Source: Balanoglossus misakiensis | Lineage: Eukaryota; Animalia; Hemichordata | Assembly (NCBI GenBank): GCA_040954595.2 | Contig: CM082596.2 | Coordinates: forward strand, 7,766,468 to 7,830,467 | Length of the DNA: 64,000 nt | Direction: 5' to 3' | Part shown: piece after piece, positions 57,094 to 64,000 of the stretch | Layout: each line of letters starts with the position of its first letter | How positions within the stretch are numbered: the stretch's first letter is position 1 | Notes under the pieces: model-generated | The model's input: only the letters and a program-made list of their open reading frames with translations | What the model was told of the DNA's origin: nothing | The model's database searches: none | Made by a program: the position numbers and the translations under genes

Positions 57094-57899
57094 GGCTGCA
57101 TTCACAAACACCTCTGGAGGGGGGGGGGGCAGGAGAATTGAGGGGGGGGATTTGAAAAAATTGAGGGTATGTAAGGGGGGGATTTGAAATAATTTAGGGA
57201 CTGAAAGGGGGGGACTTGAAAACTTTGACGACTAAATATTTATTTTGAGTCCACAAAAATGCAGTTTCGCGCCCTTTATTTTAAAAAATTTTCTAATGTG
57301 GGAGGGGGACACCCCCTCCCACACCCACCCCCTCCATTCATCAACACCTTTCAATCATTGACTGGTTTATCTAGTGTCCCAGGTCAGGGGACTTGCCCCC
57401 ACCCCATGATAACTTTGAGCAGCGACGGTTAAATTTGTCCTCCCCAACATACTGGTCGTTGAGTTAATTTGCTTTTGCCGGGTTCATTAAAATGCAGCTT
57501 TGAGCTCTGTATTTTATAAAATTTTCTTACGTGGGAGGGGGACACCCCCTCCCAAACCCACCCCCTTCCATTCTCGGTTTACAATGTCTCCCAACACAGA
57601 ATACAAAATACTTAACAAATAAAAACAATGTTCAGTTTTAAACCCACTGATGAGAGGAAACATCAATTTCAAATTATTTTCATGGGAGCGCTGTTTTTCT
57701 TTTTTACAAGATATTAGATAGATAGGTGATGTGTTTTGCTGTGTGAAAGAAAATGGGGGGGGGGGATTTGAAAATTTTAGCAGTTCGGAAGGGGGGTATT
57801 TGAAAATATTTCGGGTTGTTGAGGGGGGCATGTGAAAATTAACGGTAAAAAAAATTGAATTCTCCCGCCCCCCCTCCAGAGGTGTTTGTGAATGCAGCC
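57094..57899. mobile_element. Non-autonomous PIF/Harbinger-like element, 806 bp, 3-bp TTA target duplication
   Basis: TTA/GGCTGCATTCACAAACACCTCTGGAGGGGGGG...CCCCCCCTCCAGAGGTGTTTGTGAATGCAGCC/TTA; about 32-bp perfect TIR extending imperfectly to about 45 bp; no transposase ORF. Confidence 0.9.
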
Positions 57900-58554
57900 T
57901 TATTTTGCGTTGTTTGTTTTATGGGACGAATAAAAAGTGCTCTCAACAACGTGCTTGATGCACTAGGCCTATCAGTACGTGTATGCCGGACAAAATGCAG
58001 GTATAGATCATTACAGTTCACAAAAGACCATGTTTAATTTATATTCAAAAGACCTGGGTGGTTTTCCTCCCAAAATAGATAGAATATCCAGGGTCTAAAT
58101 GTCATCACGGTTGGGCAACACAGTCGCCTGGGGTGTGTACTGTCGTCCGCTGCATGGTGGGTCGGCCTTCTTTTAATGAAAGGGAGTGCTGTTTAAAATT
58201 CGCGTGGGCACCATTATATGAAGTGTCGTCAGTACGCGGTGGGTGAAGTATTTTGCTTCGGAGAAGGCTAGCATGACACTTTTAACGTAAATTGATGCAT
58301 TGGTGCAATTTCTGGGGTAGGTCAGAGTTCAAGGCTAACACTCATTTCATTCAAAATAAGCTGCCCACCCCTCGTAAATATGGAACCACCCTTATTGGTA
58401 ATCTAATACATACCGTCGTCTTCACCAACGAAGTGTGTGTACTTGTTGTACTTGTTGTGTTCAAAGACCGTCCCGGGGCGTTGTCACTTTTAAGAAACTC
58501 TTCTTGAATAACTTTCACCTTGATTCTGTGTGTTTCCTCAGCTAGAACACGGCA

Positions 58555-61500
58555 ATGGAGGATTCGAACGCCAACGGGGCCGCAGGTGAGAAAATTTCGG
58601 TCAAAGTTGTGTATATTTTGCACCAGACTCGCCAGACATACAGGCCAAAATGTCGGTGGTCTTGTTTAAAAAATGTACATCTGAAGAAATGTGTATATCT
58701 GAAGTAAAAGTTTAAAGTGCTGACAAGTTTTCGGTCTCGGAATGGCAGTTTGAGAATCAAGTTGTTTCTTGATGCGAAAGTGAGAGACATGGTAATTGTT
58801 TGTAATGTGTTGTCCGCAGAAGTGTTGTACGAGTACATGAGCACAATACACGCTTGTTCAAACTTTTTAAGTCGTCGGACGATCGATTGTACATACAGGC
58901 GACTATGCATGGTCCTCCTCACAAAATGTTTGCGTTCAGTGGATTTGGGCATTGGCCGCCAACACTGTCATGTTAATAGTTAATGTCGATATCACTTTTT
59001 AAAACCTATATTATAACAAATGTAGAACAGAATTGATCAGCCAGACTTAAGTACTTGTCGTCCGCCGTGCCATAAAACGATAACAATACGAACGTAAACA
59101 ACTGTTTTTGTCGACTGACAAGGGTCAACGCTTCCGCGTCCATTCAGTCTTTTCGTTTGGTTTGTTTTGGTAAAGTAACTCAAGGTCAGGGTGTGTATGG
59201 ACTGATTCATTTTCTAACAAGGAGTTGAATCAAATGTGAAGAAAACTATATCGAAGTTGGTCAAAGTACCACCAACTTCGAGAGAGACAGAAACTCAATC
59301 AATAGTAGTTCATAAGAGTGTTGACCTGAACGCCGTTGACTTAAAAATGTACTGTTTCATGAAAGGCACGACCACGCCTCTTTTTACTGTAGTTCTCTTG
59401 TTAATAACAAACGAAAGGGCGGGGAGAATGTGTTTACGCATTGGGGGTTACTCTGTTTCTGTTTTGGTTGAATGTCATAGGTCATACTCATAGTTCATAT
59501 GATATACTTGGCCTAATTTTAGGATATAATGGCATATTGTCATGTATTGTAATGAACAGTACAATGGCTGTCCAGAACTACGAACATGTGCTTTATTAAT
59601 TAATAGGTAAAGAGAGATGCCAGTTTCGAGCAGTCATTGGTAGACTATCTGGCAAGCAGCTGCCCCTATGTCTGTTGCACCCTAAAACAACACACCAATG
59701 ATGTCAAGATTTTAAAAATTAAAGTTACAACTCAATTGAACTTTGTTAATTGTAAAATGACCACTTCAGATATATAAATTTTAATAATAATTTATACGAT
59801 TTGTCATTAAATGTTTATAAGTTAAAAAACTGCAAACCTCAGCATGTTAGTATACAATGTACCAACTCAATAATTTTTCTACTACACGGAATTCACTGGC
59901 AATGACATTTTGAAAATTCCATCATCTCGCGGAATTTATTAAAAACTTAAAGCAGATTAAAAAAATTAAAAGCAAACATTGATGGACAGTCATAGGGTGT
60001 GACAACAAATTGGTGTTGACAAAAGGTGTTTAATAAAATAACTGAATTGTCCTAATACTACCGAAGCAACTTCAAAATACTTGAATCATTCATTCCCCTG
60101 AGCCTGTTTGGTTTTTGAGTGAGTTATTGTTTTAAGCATATCAAACAAATCGGCAGGTTGTGAGCTCATATACAGGCAAGTGTAAAGTATGTTACTAGTA
60201 ACTAGGTCTTTAGGTTTAAGTAACCTATTGTACCATTCAGACATGCAAATATGTTCATCTAACCTTCCTATGCCCTGTGCCCTTTGCTACACTTCAATCT
60301 AAAGGAGATTTGAGACCTTCATACTCAATACAGATTTATTGTTCACTGGTGGCTCAGAGAAATTTAAGACTGACTTGGGTAGCGTATAATGAAAATATGA
60401 TGACTCAGCATTTTTCTCAAACTTTTGCAATGCTCAAGATGCTATAATTATGGAATGATTACTTTGAAATAATAAATCCATGTTTATCTCCCTCTAACAT
60501 TAATTTAGTACAAATTTACTCAATTGTAGAGGCTTAGCCTTTTACCTTGTGGATGAAAAAGGTCAAAGGTTAAATAGGTTCCGGTATAATAATATAGTGG
60601 GTGTATTAGGGTCAGTGACGTCTCTGATGGCTATCAGCCACTCCTTCATGAATTGAAGGATTTGTTTATGACTTCAGTTCGCCAAAAAAGTTGTCCTTTG
60701 AAGCGGCTGGATGACGCAAAGTGCCCGTGAAGTGAACGAAAGGACTAAAAAATCAATCCGTTGAAGTTTCTGAAACTATATAAAACAAATGAAACTTTGA
60801 AGAAAAGAAATTAGGCGTGATAAACAGTACTAGTGCCGTACAAAGAACCAAGAAATTTTGACTGCATGTCTGTCAATGATCAATTTTGCTCTGATGAAAG
60901 TGCTGATGATATTGAATTTCTGGTATATTCTACTAGTATTTTTTGGCTTTATAATGATTAATTTCCCCTGAGAATATTTACTTTGTTGTGAAACCAGAAT
61001 TTAGACGCAAAAGAGTGGAAATTATTATTGTAACTGTAACTATTTACTGAGTTTTTAAAGGGGTTATGGTATTAATACTAACAAATGTTCTCAGTGAGTT
61101 ACATTGTTGTGACCTTTAACATCCAAGTTTAACACAAGTTAATTGTCTGATGCCATTTAGAGTCAAATAATCAATATCACTTCATAATGGCTAGTCAATT
61201 ACGTTAATTATTGTTCAGTGTCAATTAATGGTTACACAAAATGCACTTAGTACGCATGGTAGGTGACAGGAGTATAATTAAATGTACATTTCCAGACAGA
61301 TCTACATTGATGTACCCGTGATATCTACATTTATTAACACAAATTCATTATCTGATCCTATATTGCGTCAAACAATCATTGTAACTTTATGATGCTAATC
61401 AGTTAAGTTACTTATAGGACCACTATCACAAAATTTGCTAATCAATTGGTCCTGAATCTCAAAATTTCTCCTACACTTCTAAGGTTATAGCTTCATCAAA

Positions 61501-62347
61501 AATTTGAATAATTGTCTTAATGCAGGAAGTCTAATAAAAATGTACTCTTTTTTGTATAGTTACTTTTTTGGGTGAAACAGACCTAGGTCGTGCTACTTGG
61601 TTACCATGTAACTCATATCAAATATGTGCTTAAATATTTCTAAACATAAAAATCACAGAAATATTAGCATTGCAGTGATGAAGTTTACACTAGAGCTGTC
61701 AGGAATGTTTTTAAGTAAATCCCCTGTCATGAGTGTATTTGATATTGGTGTGGCGTGTTTGAACATTCCTTTAAAAGTGTATGATTGATATGCATTGATA
61801 TTGGTAACTGAGAGATTGACTGTATGTATGTGTACCTAAAAATATTCATTGATTGAAATCAACAGGTACAATATAAATTTTATTTATCAATACAATGTAT
61901 AATGAAACATTTCCAAATTTTTTTGAATTTCAACCTTTATTAACATATAATAGAAGCAATTTTAACAGCTGCAAATGTAGGCTATAAAATTTTTAAAACC
62001 TTGTGGATAAATATAGAGATCTGAAAGCTAATCTTATTTGGCCTTGTATGCCAGTTGTCAGTGATATTGTATTTGTATGCTGATTGAAATAGTCACATGG
62101 TGTTTAAATACATTGCTTTGGTACCTTTGATTCCCCATGCGTTTCTTTTGAGTTGTGTTATTGAATTCTGTTTCATAAAATTGTCCTTTTCTGGTCTCAG
62201 GTGAACAGTTGCTACATCCACTGTATAAAGGTACCAGTTTCTTCAAGATCAAACCAAGCAGGAAATACCCCCGTGTATACCAACTTGACAAGAACAATGA
62301 CTATATCACCTACTCGCCCTCCAAGAAGAAAGCCAATGAGAGTAGAA
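58555..62347 (+). CDS. 5' part of a phosphoinositide phospholipase C (delta/eta/PLC-like), N-terminal PH domain; continues beyond the window
   Basis: join(58555-58585,62201-62347): MEDSNANGAA/GEQLLHPLYKGTSFFKIKPSRKYPRVYQLDKNNDYITYSPSKKKANESR. Strong splice sites (CAG/GTGAG, CTCAG/, GAA/GTAAGT), phases match. The pattern G-x3-K-[IV]-[KR]...R-x-[YF]-x-L-D...[WY]-x-PS-[KR]-K resembles PI-PLC PH domains. Subfamily not resolvable from 59 aa. Confidence 0.72.
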
Positions 62348-62390
62348 GTAAGTAAAATAGACAAAAGTTCTATGTTGGTGTTGATGTTAA

Positions 62391-62567
62391 AGGTATACAG
62401 TCACCTAAGCAAATATAGCTACAGTTACCATGGTTAATTGAGATCTAGCCAATCACAGTGGGTGGCACACCCAAAAAATAGAGCGCCACCATCTGTTCTT
62501 TAGAACACTCAAATACGCCATTTCTGACATGTATGGGCGTATGTAAATTGGAGGTGACTGTATACCT
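62391..62567 (+). mobile_element. MITE family B
   Basis: TTAA/AGGTATACAGTCACC...GGTGACTGTATACCT/TTAA, 43 nt after the PLC exon donor. Confidence 0.88.
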
Positions 62568-64000
62568 TTAAATCATAGAGGGAAGGATATTACAGTAAAT
62601 GCAGGAAAGATCAGAGATCTCTGTCTTTTCTTATGTAATAATCATGATTGTGTTTTACATAATGTAAATGCATACTAGTATATTGGCCATTTCTTTGGTA
62701 GACTTTATTGACATGAAAAAGAGGTATACCAACATCATTTGTAGGGGGAGTACCTCATACCCCTTCCCCCACCAATTACATACATGTTTACGTGAAACCT
62801 GCAACGCTACAAAACATATGACCAAACATTGGTAATGGACTAATTAATTGCACTGACCAACCACCTGTTACCAGTACTACTAGTATTTCCTTTTGCCAAC
62901 TGATTACTAAAAACCAAAATCAACATGGCTTGTTCATTTCCAAGTATATACAGGTATTTATTATTTTGTACAAAAGTGAGATTATCTGTTAAAACAAGCA
63001 TATTGAGCATTGCTTTACTACTCCATTCCAACCACAAATATATCATGACATGACAAGCAAAAACTAAGGTATTAATGGTTTATATGTAGACAGACTGAGT
63101 CATTTTGGGAGATGAATCACATATTCAGCTGATATATTAGCTTGTAGTGGCACTCTGTTTTATATAGCCAGAATGACTTCAAAAAGCTAATAATTTTTCT
63201 GGGGAATTCGTTGTATAACTGAGTAAACACTAACTTCATACATGAGTATTACACAACAATTTAATTAAATATCACAGATGTTACCACTTTTCCGTGGCAG
63301 TTTTTGTCTGCTGAAGTTAAAAAAACATGTGCTTGTGTCGCATTTCTGTTTGGCTTTCTAAAACCCTGGAATCCAGACTAAGTTTACTTTGTTTTTCTTC
63401 CCAAACGCTCGTCCCCATTCCAAGGAAGTTGTTTTCCTCGAAAGGACACCTTAAAAAACATTAATGGTAACCTTTTTGTCATTTGTATCTACAATCAAAG
63501 TTGGAAAACCTGTCAAACAATATGTCCATTGCAAAAGTCAAATTATCTGTTACTGGCAGAAAAACTGCCGATTTGGAATGTATCATTTTGACGGGTTTCC
63601 AGCTTTGAAGTGTAGATTGCAGCACTTCTCAGTTGCACTTATCTTGGCTTCTGTTAATTTCACTGCAATATGGCATAATTGCTTTCTCTATTTATCAGCA
63701 CAGGGGAATGCTTTGGACCATAATACCCGGTATATCAAGTTCCAGTCTATGCAAGAATCCATACACTCACTGATGATATCCTTCTGTATTGAACTGTCAA
63801 TGAAAGAATGCACCGATATTGATACCTGAACAATGATAAAACTCAATCTGATTAAAATCAGCTGTAGAGATAGATGGTGTCTTTTCCTTCGCTTGGTCTC
63901 CGTTGTTAGAATTCTACCTGATCTCTGCTTTTCGTGATCTACCAGTACATGTTCGATGTGCCAAAGCAGAACGCAGCAGAGACCAAGCAAAATTAAAGAC

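Noticed and set aside
63460-64000. ORFs of 100-121 aa at the right edge
   Set aside because: No recognisable domain and no convincing continuation of the PLC PH domain; probably intronic.

Overview
AT-rich, intron-rich animal genomic DNA; composition, repeats and the U2 sequence suggest a marine invertebrate deuterostome (inference). Left to right: (1) a full-length U2 snRNA gene (1708-1895, +); (2) a complete DIP2 gene (+), traced by hand through 38 coding exons from ATG 3717 to TAA 49469 (4881 nt, 1626 aa, one GC-AG intron); (3) a single-exon TRIM-NHL E3 ligase ORF (54365-56533, -); (4) the first two coding exons of a phosphoinositide phospholipase C (PH domain), head-to-head with the TRIM gene and running off the right end. 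Introns hold many short TIR elements (MITEs) of at least eight families. No prokaryote-type system is present. Best leads: inverted MITE pairs bracketing frame-preserving DIP2 exons (candidate circRNA/skipping switches), unannotated candidate micro-exons, many nuclear-receptor response elements in DIP2 introns, a heavy and spatially restricted excess of TACATGTA, a GC3-anomalous last exon, U at U2 position 30, and the adjacency of a DAG-producing PLC to the DAG regulator DIP2. All coordinates and counts were read by eye; no searches were run.
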